Of a stretch of 64,000 nucleotides of DNA, positions 39,669 through 48,704 are shown piece by piece. The stretch lies in contig JBPOFY010000007.1 in the NCBI GenBank assembly GCA_051252375.1, forward strand, positions 64,001 through 128,000. Reading direction: 5' to 3'. The stretch comes from Opitutaceae bacterium (GTDB lineage: Bacteria > Verrucomicrobiota > Verrucomicrobiia > Opitutales > Coraliomargaritaceae). The notes under the pieces are model-generated. The model was given only the letters and a program-made list of their open reading frames with translations. It did not search any database and was not told the DNA's origin. Position 1 is the stretch's first letter. Each line of letters opens with the position of its first letter. A program made the position numbers and the translations under genes.

Positions 39669-41324
39669 ATGATCGAAATGAGCAGATACTTACGAAATAT
39701 ACTTAAACTCATCGGAACAGCCGTTTTCGTCTATGGTGCAAATGTTGCAGCGCATGCTGACAGCGTAGAACTATTGCGTGTATTAAATTTTCAAGCCGAC
39801 AATGGTTTTGCGCACGAGTCGAAGTCGGATGCGCTCGCTCTGGTCGAGCGACTAGGCGAGCAAAACGGCTGGGAAGTTGTGACGACGATAGAGTCCTCTA
39901 GTCTAACCGCGCTCGATCTCAGCACTTTTGCAGTCATAGTCTTTAACAACAACTGCGGCAACAAGGGCGCAGTGTTGAAGCCCACTGAACAGCAGGCTTT
40001 ACAATCATACGTCCAAAATGGCGGAGGCTTCATCGGCGTTCATTGTGCCGGTGCACTGTGGAAGGAGGGCGGTGAGTTTCAATCTTGGTATGAGGGCTTG
40101 ATCGGCACGACACTGGTGGACCATCCAAAAGTTCAAAAGGCACGCCTTGTAGTGGAAGATCGTAGTCACCCGGCAACCAGCCATCTGCCCAAAGAGTGGT
40201 TTGTGGTCGATGAATTCCACCGCTTTGGTTCCAACCCACGCAAGAAGGTCAATGTGCTGATCTCCGTGGATGAGAATTCCTACAAAGGTAAACAGAAGAT
40301 GGGGGGCGACCATCCATTTGTATGGTATCATGAGTATGATGGTGGACGCTCTTTCTTTACTTCACTTGGTCACACGAAAGAAATTTACCGCAACCCCGAC
40401 TTTGAAAGACTCGTCGAAGGCGCGATCATTTGGACAGCAGGTAGAGATACTTCCGAGGCACCGCAAGCGGCAGTGAAAACAACTCAGGTTGATCTGCCAG
40501 TGACGGACGGTCTCTTACTCGATTTGGATGCCAATAAAGGTGTTGAGGTCGAAGGCAAAAACCGCGTCAAAGCTTGGCATAACCAAGTCGAGGGCAACGC
40601 CGCAGATGTTTTCGTCAAGCGCGACGAAGGTCGCAAGATGAAGGGCTCTGGACGCCCCACACTTAAGAAGAATGTAGAGGCAATCGGCGGGAACAATACA
40701 CTGATCTTCGAAGAGCAGGAACTCATCAATATGGATGAAGATGCTTTCGATCACTTGGTAACTGGTAGTGGCTACACATGGTTCTCGGTGATGAGTGTCT
40801 ATAAGCAACGTGTCGGCAAGAAGGATGTGAACTCCTTCTTCGGCAACTTGCGCAATGGCAATCCCTACGATGGTCTATGGGGCAATGTGATGGATGACAA
40901 TATCGTCTGGATCGGCACTCGCAATGGCTTCCCAAGTAAGCGCAAAGGCAAAAAGAACAGCAATGGGCGTGGCACTCCCGGCTTGTGGGATGATGAACTG
41001 AACCCCTGCGTGCAAACTCAAGAACCGCTCACGGAGAATCGCTACTACATTATCATCGGACGTATGGGGGTAGGGGTTGAAATCGTGGACCTCGAACTTT
41101 TCATCAACTCAGCGACTGCGGTGGACAGCAAGCCAGTGCCGGTAAATCCGAAAGCAAATCCTTCTATGATGGCGGTGGGGCAAGAGCGCGACGCGACAAA
41201 TCATCCAGGCAAGGAGTCCTTCCATGGAGAAATCGCTCGCTTACTAATCTATGATCGTGCCCTCGGCGACGAAGAACTCAATCAAGTCATCGCTTCACTC
41301 ATAGAGCGATATAACATTCGTTAA
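39669..41324 (+). CDS. ThuA-like domain fused to a LamG/concanavalin-like C-terminal domain
   Basis: GFAHES, YVQNGGGFIGVH, DEFH, GDHPFVW.HEYDGGRSFFTSLGH (ThuA). LLLDLDA...V.AW.NQ and FHGEIARLLIYDRAL...L.ERY (LamG-like). Confidence 0.75.
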   Translation: MIEMSRYLRNILKLIGTAVFVYGANVAAHADSVELLRVLNFQADNGFAHESKSDALALVERLGEQNGWEVVTTIESSSLTALDLSTFAVIVFNNNCGNKGAVLKPTEQQALQSYVQNGGGFIGVHCAGALWKEGGEFQSWYEGLIGTTLVDHPKVQKARLVVEDRSHPATSHLPKEWFVVDEFHRFGSNPRKKVNVLISVDENSYKGKQKMGGDHPFVWYHEYDGGRSFFTSLGHTKEIYRNPDFERLVEGAIIWTAGRDTSEAPQAAVKTTQVDLPVTDGLLLDLDANKGVEVEGKNRVKAWHNQVEGNAADVFVKRDEGRKMKGSGRPTLKKNVEAIGGNNTLIFEEQELINMDEDAFDHLVTGSGYTWFSVMSVYKQRVGKKDVNSFFGNLRNGNPYDGLWGNVMDDNIVWIGTRNGFPSKRKGKKNSNGRGTPGLWDDELNPCVQTQEPLTENRYYIIIGRMGVGVEIVDLELFINSATAVDSKPVPVNPKANPSMMAVGQERDATNHPGKESFHGEIARLLIYDRALGDEELNQVIASLIERYNIR

Positions 41325-41483
41325 CACCGTTGATACTAGTATCCCGACTTAAGTAGAAGTTTAAGTCGCGTTTTTACGTGGTGTTCAATTTACAGACTTC
41401 ATCTAATATTCAGATAACCCCTTAAATTAGCACACCCGTGTCATTATCTGTAAACAATAGTCGGAGCCCCATAATCGTTGAGT

Positions 41484-42923
41484 ATGCATAGCGTAGTCAG
41501 AATGCTTCTCTGCATTGCGATTAGCATTACGATGCTCTCCGCTGACGAGCGTCCGAATATCATAGTGATCATGGCAGATGACCTTGGCTACGCAGATCTA
41601 GGAAGCTATGGATGCAAGGACATACCCACGCCGCACTTAGATAAACTAGCCAAAGAAGGCGTTCGCTTCACTTCCGGATATGTTACCTGGCCGATGTGCG
41701 GACCTTCGCGTGCCGGATTTTTAACAGGAAAACACCAGTCGAAATTTGGCTACTATGAGAATGTCTCGGCACCTTTTGATCCAAAGCAAGGACTGCCGAA
41801 AATGGAAACGATTGCCAGCTTGTTGCAAAAGCAAGGCTACGTAACAGGAGGCGTGGGCAAGTGGCACATGGGAACCACCGATGAGCAGCACCCCAATGCC
41901 ATGGGCTTTGACGACTGGTTTGGATTTCTCGGTGGCGGCTTGATGTATTTCCCACTCGACCACCCATCATACAAGGGACGTTTCACTCCTATCAAACGTC
42001 CTATTAACATGAAGTATCTCCAGCACACCATGCCGGTGATACACAACCGGGAACCAGTGGAGTGGGAGCAGTATCTGACTCGTGAATTGACTGATGCGGG
42101 AATGGCCTTCCTTGAAAGGAATCAGGCTAAACCGTTTTTCTTGTTCATGTCTTACAATGCCCCACACCTAGACCTTGAAGCTCCTAAAAAAACCATCGCT
42201 AAGTTCCCCGAGGATTCGATGACGAAGGTCCCTGGTGTGACTTCGAAGTCTCGATCTATTTATGGAGCCATGGTTTATGAATTGGATCAAGGCGTCGGGC
42301 AGTTGTTAGCACAAGTTGAGAAACTAGGTCTTAGTGATAATACTGTAATTTGGTTCCTTAGTGACAACGGAGGGATGAAAAAAACAAGTGATAATCGCCC
42401 ACTACGAGGCGCTAAAGGCCTAAGCTATGAGGGCGGTTTGCGAGTGCCCATGTTTGTTAAATGGCCCGGGAATACTTCAGTTGGGACTGTTCTCGACGCG
42501 CCTGTTACATCGTTAGATATCGGCGCGACTACGCTCGCGATGGCGGGAGGAAATCCTATCGCTGAAGGTCTCCACGGAAAAGACATTCGATCTTACATAA
42601 CTCAGCGCACAAGCGACGCGCCACACGAAGTGCTCTATTGGAATACTGCCCGAAACATGGACCCGGTGGGTGTGATGCGCGAAGGAGACTTTAAACTCAT
42701 CATCAAGGAGGGCCGCACAGAGCTCTATAATTTAAAAGATGACCTTGCAGAGACAACCGATTTGAAGGCATCTTATCCCGAGAAAGTCCAATCAATGCTT
42801 TCCCGCTGGAACAAGTGGGATCAGGACAAGAAACCGCCCCTTTGGACTAAAGGCAAAAATATTCAATACGCCGAATACGACTGGCTTATCGGCAGTCCGC
42901 ATTATAACGATAAATCAGAGTAA
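41484..42923 (+). CDS. Sulfatase, family S1
   Basis: RPNIIVIMADDLGYAD, CGPSR, GKWHMG, YNAPH, LSDNGG, LRGAKG..YEGGLRVP; exact start uncertain (41478/41484/41502). Confidence 0.93.
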   Translation: MHSVVRMLLCIAISITMLSADERPNIIVIMADDLGYADLGSYGCKDIPTPHLDKLAKEGVRFTSGYVTWPMCGPSRAGFLTGKHQSKFGYYENVSAPFDPKQGLPKMETIASLLQKQGYVTGGVGKWHMGTTDEQHPNAMGFDDWFGFLGGGLMYFPLDHPSYKGRFTPIKRPINMKYLQHTMPVIHNREPVEWEQYLTRELTDAGMAFLERNQAKPFFLFMSYNAPHLDLEAPKKTIAKFPEDSMTKVPGVTSKSRSIYGAMVYELDQGVGQLLAQVEKLGLSDNTVIWFLSDNGGMKKTSDNRPLRGAKGLSYEGGLRVPMFVKWPGNTSVGTVLDAPVTSLDIGATTLAMAGGNPIAEGLHGKDIRSYITQRTSDAPHEVLYWNTARNMDPVGVMREGDFKLIIKEGRTELYNLKDDLAETTDLKASYPEKVQSMLSRWNKWDQDKKPPLWTKGKNIQYAEYDWLIGSPHYNDKSE

Positions 42924-42950
42924 ACACACCTTTTAGAATTCTACAAAATT

Positions 42951-45059
42951 ATGAAAATACCCCAAACCACTCACTTCCTCTTCGGAGCCGCGATGGCAAT
43001 GTCTGCTCTTTTCGCGAATGCACAGGAAGTCGTCTCTATTGAATCGTTGTTAACGGAAATGATAGACCACGACTCTGTTGCCCGTTTCCCGGAAAAAGAT
43101 TTCCGCTTAAAGCAGCACAGTAGTTACAATCGTGCCTCCAAAACCCCAGATGACCCTAAGGGTTGGTTTAATAACAAAGACAACAATACGAGCCCTGAGC
43201 ACGATAGCTTCATTCGGATCGAAGAGAATGATGGTCGCAAGGAGTGGGTATTAATGGACCATCAAGGACCCGGAGCGATAGTGCGCTCTTGGATGCCATG
43301 GCGTAGCAAATCTGCGGCGACTACGGATATCAACATGCGCATCTATCTCGACGGTTCCGATGAACCGGCGCTTGAGGGCAACATGCTAAAAATGTTCGAT
43401 GGCACGGGAGTGATACCATATCCTCTTGCCCACCAATCGTTGCGTTCGGCGGTCAATTTTTTCCCGATTCCTTATGCAAAGAGCTGCAAGGTGACAACAG
43501 ATCAAATGCCGTTCTTTTTCATCTTCACGTTCCGTGAATACGATGAAGGCACACCGATCAAGACTTTCACCATGGACGACTTTGAGGCGACCAAAGGCTT
43601 AACTGGAAAAGTCGGTCAGGCGCTATTGAATCCTGTAGCCTCTAATGCAAATGATGTTAACCGCTTTAGTGCGACGTTAGCGAGCCAGGAAGGGAAGTCG
43701 CTGGCTCTCCCCGCAGGTGAAGCAGCAGTTCGCGAGCTCACGGTGAAACTCGACGACTACTCGAATCCCGATGTCACTCGCCTTGTGATCCTGAAGATTG
43801 CATTCGATGGTAAAGAAACCGTCTGGTGCCCGATCGGTGATTTCTTTGGCTCTGGAATTGGTCTAAATCCCATGCAGGGCTGGTATCGGACTGTAGCCGA
43901 AGATGGCACGATGACTTGCCGTTGGGTCATGCCCTATAAAGAAGGCGGCAAGGTAACGCTGTTAAACCTAAGTGGTGCGTCAGTGAATGCTCATCTAGAA
44001 GTGAAGACGGGGGATTGGACTTGGGATGATCGCTCCATGTATTTTCATGCTGGTTGGCGCGGACAATATCCGGTGGCGACCCGACCTTATTCAGATTGGA
44101 ATTATGTCACAGTGCAGGGTCGCGGGGTCTACGTAGGTGACACACTGACCGTCATGAATCCTGTCGAAAGATGGTGGGGCGAAGGCGACGAAAAGATCTG
44201 GGTCGATGGCGAGGACTTTCCATCCATGTTTGGCACAGGCACTGAAGACTACTATGCCTACTCCTGGGGAGGGGTGAGCACTGATTTCTACGACCACCCC
44301 TTTCATGCACAGCCTCTAGCGCACAAGTGGAATAAGCTGAACCGGAAGCCCGAATCTGAAAAGGGCACCCGTAACACGCTGGGCTACAGCGTGGAAACAC
44401 GCAGTCGCTCATTGGATACCATGCCATTTAGTAGTTCGCTCCAATTGGACATGGAGGTCTGGTCATGGACTGATTGCGACATGGGATACGGGGTAGGCGC
44501 ATATTGGTATGGCTTTGCGGATACCACCTCTAATCGTAAACCGGAACCAACAGAGGTGCTCAACGTGCCACCACTTCCCGAGGCGGAATCAGCAAAAGAG
44601 AAGGGGTCGGCTAATGTATTTAAGGGTGCCGTTGAAATTAACAAAGAGCGCGTCGTTTCTAAGCCTGGTTCGATCACGCTAAAGCAGCAGGATTTGAAAG
44701 CATTGAAATTGAAGGGCACATGGAGCTTAGATGATCACCTATTGCTCAAGAACGCAAAGCAGGGCGATGTCCTGGAGTTTAGCATTCCTGCATCGAGTCC
44801 AGTGGCTGAAGTGCTGACTTTGCATGCGACAAAATCCAATGACTTCGGCATTCTACGCTTCACAGTAAACGGCAAGCTAGCCAAGGATGGGGTAGATCTT
44901 TACGCCACCAAGCCTGTTCCATCGGGAGCAATCAAACTCGGCACGTTCGATCCAGTTAATGGCGCTTACCTACTGACAGTAGAAGTCGTCGGTAAAAACT
45001 CAAAGAGCAAGGATACCTTCTTCGGTCTCGATTGCATGACTTTGGTTGAAGCGAAATAA
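42951..45059 (+). CDS. DUF2961 / GH172-family protein with extra C-terminal beta-sandwich (paralog of 3452..5113)
   Basis: WWGEGDEKIWVDGEDFPSMFGTGTEDYY; about 150 aa extension ending TKSNDFGILRF.VNG...DLY...VVGKN..S...FFGLDC. Confidence 0.85.
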   Translation: MKIPQTTHFLFGAAMAMSALFANAQEVVSIESLLTEMIDHDSVARFPEKDFRLKQHSSYNRASKTPDDPKGWFNNKDNNTSPEHDSFIRIEENDGRKEWVLMDHQGPGAIVRSWMPWRSKSAATTDINMRIYLDGSDEPALEGNMLKMFDGTGVIPYPLAHQSLRSAVNFFPIPYAKSCKVTTDQMPFFFIFTFREYDEGTPIKTFTMDDFEATKGLTGKVGQALLNPVASNANDVNRFSATLASQEGKSLALPAGEAAVRELTVKLDDYSNPDVTRLVILKIAFDGKETVWCPIGDFFGSGIGLNPMQGWYRTVAEDGTMTCRWVMPYKEGGKVTLLNLSGASVNAHLEVKTGDWTWDDRSMYFHAGWRGQYPVATRPYSDWNYVTVQGRGVYVGDTLTVMNPVERWWGEGDEKIWVDGEDFPSMFGTGTEDYYAYSWGGVSTDFYDHPFHAQPLAHKWNKLNRKPESEKGTRNTLGYSVETRSRSLDTMPFSSSLQLDMEVWSWTDCDMGYGVGAYWYGFADTTSNRKPEPTEVLNVPPLPEAESAKEKGSANVFKGAVEINKERVVSKPGSITLKQQDLKALKLKGTWSLDDHLLLKNAKQGDVLEFSIPASSPVAEVLTLHATKSNDFGILRFTVNGKLAKDGVDLYATKPVPSGAIKLGTFDPVNGAYLLTVEVVGKNSKSKDTFFGLDCMTLVEAK

Positions 45060-45085
45060 TCGACGCAAATACATGAAGTCACAGA

Positions 45086-45757
45086 ATGAATAGCATAAAT
45101 CGATTTCTAGCATGTATACTGACATTACTGCTTTGCAGCGCACTCACTAGTGCGTCAGCTGCGGCGCAACCCGTTCGTATTGCATGTGTTGGAGATAGCA
45201 TCACTTTCGGTGCGACCATCAAAGACCGTAAGGAGCAGTGCTATCCAACTCAACTGGGGCGCTTACTCGGAGAGGGTTATGTGGTTCAGAATTTCGGTGT
45301 AAGTGGCGCCACTTTATTGAAGGCAGGCAATAAGCCCTACTGGACAACCAAGCAATTCAAGCCAGCGCATGCGTTTAATCCAGACGTCGTTGTCATCAAA
45401 TTGGGGACCAATGACTCCAAGCCTGACAACTGGCTCCATAAAGATGCCTTTGTGGGTGATTATTTAGCTCTGATTGAGAGTTTTCGATCATTGCCCAGCA
45501 AGCCAGTAGTTTACATCTGCAAGCCAGTCCCAGCCTATCCGGGCAACTTTAAGATTACAGACGTAGTTATCCGTGAAGAAGTTATGCCTTTAATTGAAGC
45601 GGTCGCCGAGCAGGCATCGGTTGAAATCATCGATCTTTACGCGGCTTTGAGTCATCGCGCGGAGCTATTTCCCGACAAAGTGCACCCAAATGCTGAAGGT
45701 GCGCGTATCATGGCTGAAACCATTGCTGCAATCGTCGCTCCGTCGAAGGTGGAGTAG
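45086..45757 (+). CDS. SGNH/GDSL hydrolase (probable carbohydrate acetylesterase), secreted
   Basis: CVGDSITFG, NFGVSG, LGTNDS, FPDKVHPN blocks. Confidence 0.9.
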   Translation: MNSINRFLACILTLLLCSALTSASAAAQPVRIACVGDSITFGATIKDRKEQCYPTQLGRLLGEGYVVQNFGVSGATLLKAGNKPYWTTKQFKPAHAFNPDVVVIKLGTNDSKPDNWLHKDAFVGDYLALIESFRSLPSKPVVYICKPVPAYPGNFKITDVVIREEVMPLIEAVAEQASVEIIDLYAALSHRAELFPDKVHPNAEGARIMAETIAAIVAPSKVE

Positions 45758-45844
45758 TCGCGATGCTTTGTGAATGATGCTGGCGACACTTTATAACGAA
45801 AAGTATCGCCCTAAGTGGCATTTCTAGAACACACTGCGCGCTTT

Positions 45845-46918
45845 ATGACTGCTTCCCCCGAAATAGAGCCAGCGCCGACTGCGACTACTACTCAATCAAT
45901 TGAATCTAACTACCAAGCAGATGCGGAAGCTGAGGCTGCAGTGGATTGGCGTCCGATTGTTCGTCGCTACCAAAAACCTTGCTTGCGTAAGAGCACGTGG
46001 CAGATCTGCAATACATTCATACCTTATGTCGGGCTTTGGGCGCTGATGTTTTTCACAGCACAAGTTTCATGGTTACTGACTGGCTGTTTAGCCTTTTTGG
46101 CTGCCCTGTTTTTGGTCCGCGTCTTTATCATTTTTCATGATTGCGGACATGCTTCGTATTTTTCCTCAAAACGAGCGAATAATGTAATGGGGTTCATCAG
46201 CGGTTTACTGACCTTGACGCCTTATCGCCATTGGCGGTGGCAGCACGCGGTGCATCATGGCACTGCTGGCAACTTGGACGAGCGCGGCATCGGTGATGTC
46301 TGGACGATGACGGTTAAGGAATACAAAAGTGCATCATTGTTTCAGCGTATGCAGTATCGTTTTATGCGCCACCCGCTGGTTTTGTTTGGATTTATTCCAC
46401 TAGGTTTATTTTGGGTATATCAGCGTTTTTCATATAGTAAGGCCAGCCGAGCTGATCGAAATTCTGTTTATTGGATGAACGGTGCGATAGCGCTTTATGT
46501 TGTCGGAATGGTCGCACTCTTTGGTTTTTGGCCGTTCTTTTGGATTCAAATGATTGTCACTGGCGTTTCAGGCGGGCTCGGGGTCTGGCTCTTTTACGTG
46601 CAACACCAATTCGAGGACACCTACTGGAGCAGCGGCGAAACGTGGGACTACACATCATCTGCAATGGAGGGGAGTTCTTACTACAGGTTGCCCGCTTTGC
46701 TAAATTGGTTTTCAGGCAGTATCGGATATCATCATATCCATCACCTGAGTTCTCGTATTCCAAATTACCACTTGGCGGCTTGCCACCATGCGGAACCGTA
46801 TTTCCAGCAAGTCCCCGAGTTGACTCTATCCACGAGTTTAAAATCGATGAGCTTGCGTCTGTGGGATGAAGAAGCGAAAAAGTTGATCAGCTTCGGCGAT
46901 CTTCGAAAGTCAGCTTAA
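45845..46918 (+). CDS. Membrane fatty acid desaturase
   Basis: Three His boxes HDCGH, HAVHH, HHIHH plus YVQHQFE and transmembrane stretches; start could be GTG 45815. Confidence 0.92.
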   Translation: MTASPEIEPAPTATTTQSIESNYQADAEAEAAVDWRPIVRRYQKPCLRKSTWQICNTFIPYVGLWALMFFTAQVSWLLTGCLAFLAALFLVRVFIIFHDCGHASYFSSKRANNVMGFISGLLTLTPYRHWRWQHAVHHGTAGNLDERGIGDVWTMTVKEYKSASLFQRMQYRFMRHPLVLFGFIPLGLFWVYQRFSYSKASRADRNSVYWMNGAIALYVVGMVALFGFWPFFWIQMIVTGVSGGLGVWLFYVQHQFEDTYWSSGETWDYTSSAMEGSSYYRLPALLNWFSGSIGYHHIHHLSSRIPNYHLAACHHAEPYFQQVPELTLSTSLKSMSLRLWDEEAKKLISFGDLRKSA

Positions 46919-46924
46919 GGCACA

Positions 46925-46962
46925 GAGTGCGAAGTTAGTTTCGATATATCGCACTCGTTTTC
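46925..46962 (+). terminator. Possible intrinsic terminator after the desaturase
   Basis: gagtgcga/tcgcactc 8-bp stem followed by gtttt; the 16-nt loop is long. Confidence 0.3.
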
Positions 46963-46986
46963 ATTGAGTTTCAACCAACCAAAAAG

Positions 46987-47121
46987 TTCCTCACCTGCCA
47001 AGGGGAGGTGTCTGCGCTTGTCGCAGACGAAGGGGTTATTCATTAGTGCGCGTCCCTGAGAGGTCGCAACAAACCACCTCCTCGGCTTGCGCCGAAACTC
47101 CTCCTTTACTAGGGAGGAGAG
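46987..47121. repeat. Two-armed palindromic REP/MITE-like element
   Basis: Left arm cctcacctgccaaggggagg-tgtctgcgcttgtcgcagacgaaggggtt; right arm aaccacctcctcggcttgcgccgaaa-ctcctcctttactagggaggag in inverted arrangement. Confidence 0.6.
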
Positions 47122-47285
47122 CCAAACCCATCCCTTCATCGCACACCACGGAATATGTCAAACTCACTTTGAGTCAGTGCGATGCCAGAGGCAACTGCGT
47201 TAACTATCGAAAGAATCGCACTCGTTTTTATTCACAATGTAGAATTTCGTTTGCGATTTATCAGCGCATCGGACTACTTAGCACA

Positions 47286-48485
47286 ATGCGCACGATTTTA
47301 TCTCTTTTCATTGTCCTCTTTAGTTTATCTACCACGGCTACATTTTGTCACGCACAGTTAATTGATGCGGGAGATGTAACCGGACAACAGGGCAAGGGCG
47401 AGTTAGCCATCGCGGTAGACAGCAGCGATACATCGATAGCTCAGTTAGTGCGCCGTGCCTTCAGTCTGCATGGGGGTTGCGCTTTAACCACACCTGCGAA
47501 TGCGACATTTGTGATTCAAGTGGATCCTGCTGGCAGTAATTCGGCGCTCTTAACCATCAGCTCGGGGCAACCCTTGCAAAAACAACTCAGCCGCGAAGTT
47601 GCCGGAACAGATCAACTAAATGCGGTGCTGCGTGCCTGCGATATGGCGGTTGAAGCAACTATGCGCTCAAAAGGATTTTTTGCCGGCAAGCTGGCATTTG
47701 TGGGCAAGCAACGTGGGGTTTCTGAACTCTACACAAGTGACTTACTTTTCAGCCGTGTTCGCCCATTGACAGCAGATCGCTCTTTATTGACAGGTCCAAG
47801 TTGGTCGAGCGATGGCCGTCGTATTCTTTACACGACTTACTACAAGACGGGCTTCCCAGATGTGTATATGTATGACCTTGGCACTGGTCGGAAAGAGCCG
47901 ATTGCGACTTTCAAAGGCACCAATACAGGCGGCGCGTTCAGCCCAGACAGCCGACGTATCGCTTTGACGCTTTCAGGTTCAGGTAATTCCGAGATTTATA
48001 CTGCTAATACTCAGGGTAAAGATCTGCGTCGTTTGACTACGAACAAGAGCCTAGAGGCTAGTCCAAGTTGGTCGCCTGACGGTAGTCGCTTGGTCTTCAC
48101 ATCTGATGCAGCGGGCAAGCCACAACTTTATGAGATTTCCGTAAATGGTGGACCCATGCGCCGCATCCCCACGAATGTGAGTAGCTATTGCTCAGAGCCT
48201 GCATGGAATCCGGTGAAGCAAAACTTGATCGCGTTTACCGCAGCGGTCAGTGGTGGATTCCAAATCGCACTCTACGATTCATCGAAGCGCAGCAGTAAGA
48301 TTTTAACATCGGTCAATGACTCGGCTGTCGAACCCAATTGGATGAACGATGGCCGTCACCTCGTCTTTACTCAACGCACCAAAGGGCGCACGCGCTTGAT
48401 GCTGTTGGATTCCGAGACTGGTAAAGTCAGTCCATTGCATACCCCGAGTTTTGGGGACGCGTCTTCGGCTAGCTTCGTTTACTAA
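47286..48485 (+). CDS. tolB: TolB-like periplasmic beta-propeller protein
   Basis: Start moved to ATG 47286 (signal peptide). GFFAGKLAFV then PD40 repeats PSWSSDG, AFSPDS, PSWSPDG, PAWNP, PNWMNDG. Confidence 0.85.
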   Translation: MRTILSLFIVLFSLSTTATFCHAQLIDAGDVTGQQGKGELAIAVDSSDTSIAQLVRRAFSLHGGCALTTPANATFVIQVDPAGSNSALLTISSGQPLQKQLSREVAGTDQLNAVLRACDMAVEATMRSKGFFAGKLAFVGKQRGVSELYTSDLLFSRVRPLTADRSLLTGPSWSSDGRRILYTTYYKTGFPDVYMYDLGTGRKEPIATFKGTNTGGAFSPDSRRIALTLSGSGNSEIYTANTQGKDLRRLTTNKSLEASPSWSPDGSRLVFTSDAAGKPQLYEISVNGGPMRRIPTNVSSYCSEPAWNPVKQNLIAFTAAVSGGFQIALYDSSKRSSKILTSVNDSAVEPNWMNDGRHLVFTQRTKGRTRLMLLDSETGKVSPLHTPSFGDASSASFVY

Positions 48486-48488
48486 CTA

Positions 48489-48688
48489 GAACCTTCTGCG
48501 TTTTGCGGCAGGTTCGGTAATGTGCTGCGGCGCTATGCGGAAATTGCACCCTACCTTTGGCGAAAGGTGTAGCCACGGCACTCTGTGCCGTGTTTCGTCC
48601 CGTCACAGTAAAATCCTGTCCGCAAAACACCTCACAGAGTGAGTGGCTACAGGTTTTAACCAGGTAGGGCGCGAACTGCGTTTCGCGC
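48489..48688. repeat. Cluster of GTAG-type REP-like palindromes (REPIN/BIME-like) between convergent genes
   Basis: gtagc-cacggcac-tct-gtgccgtg (48569-48592); inverted partner ctcacagagtgagtggctac (ends 48650); gtagg-gcgcgaa-ctgcgt-ttcgcgc (48664-48688) with inverted partner ...gcaccctac (ends 48554). Confidence 0.7.
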
Positions 48689-48704
48689 AATATGACGCGC
48701 CGCC

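Noticed and set aside
45782..45810. Imperfect palindrome ggcgacacttt...aaagtatcgcc before the desaturase
   Set aside because: Could be a terminator or an operator; a single weak instance cannot be assigned.
48469..48690. 73-aa minus-strand ORF, or a tRNA, in the tolB-PhoD gap
   Set aside because: The ORF runs through palindromic repeats with no protein features; no T-loop or cloverleaf consistent with a tRNA.
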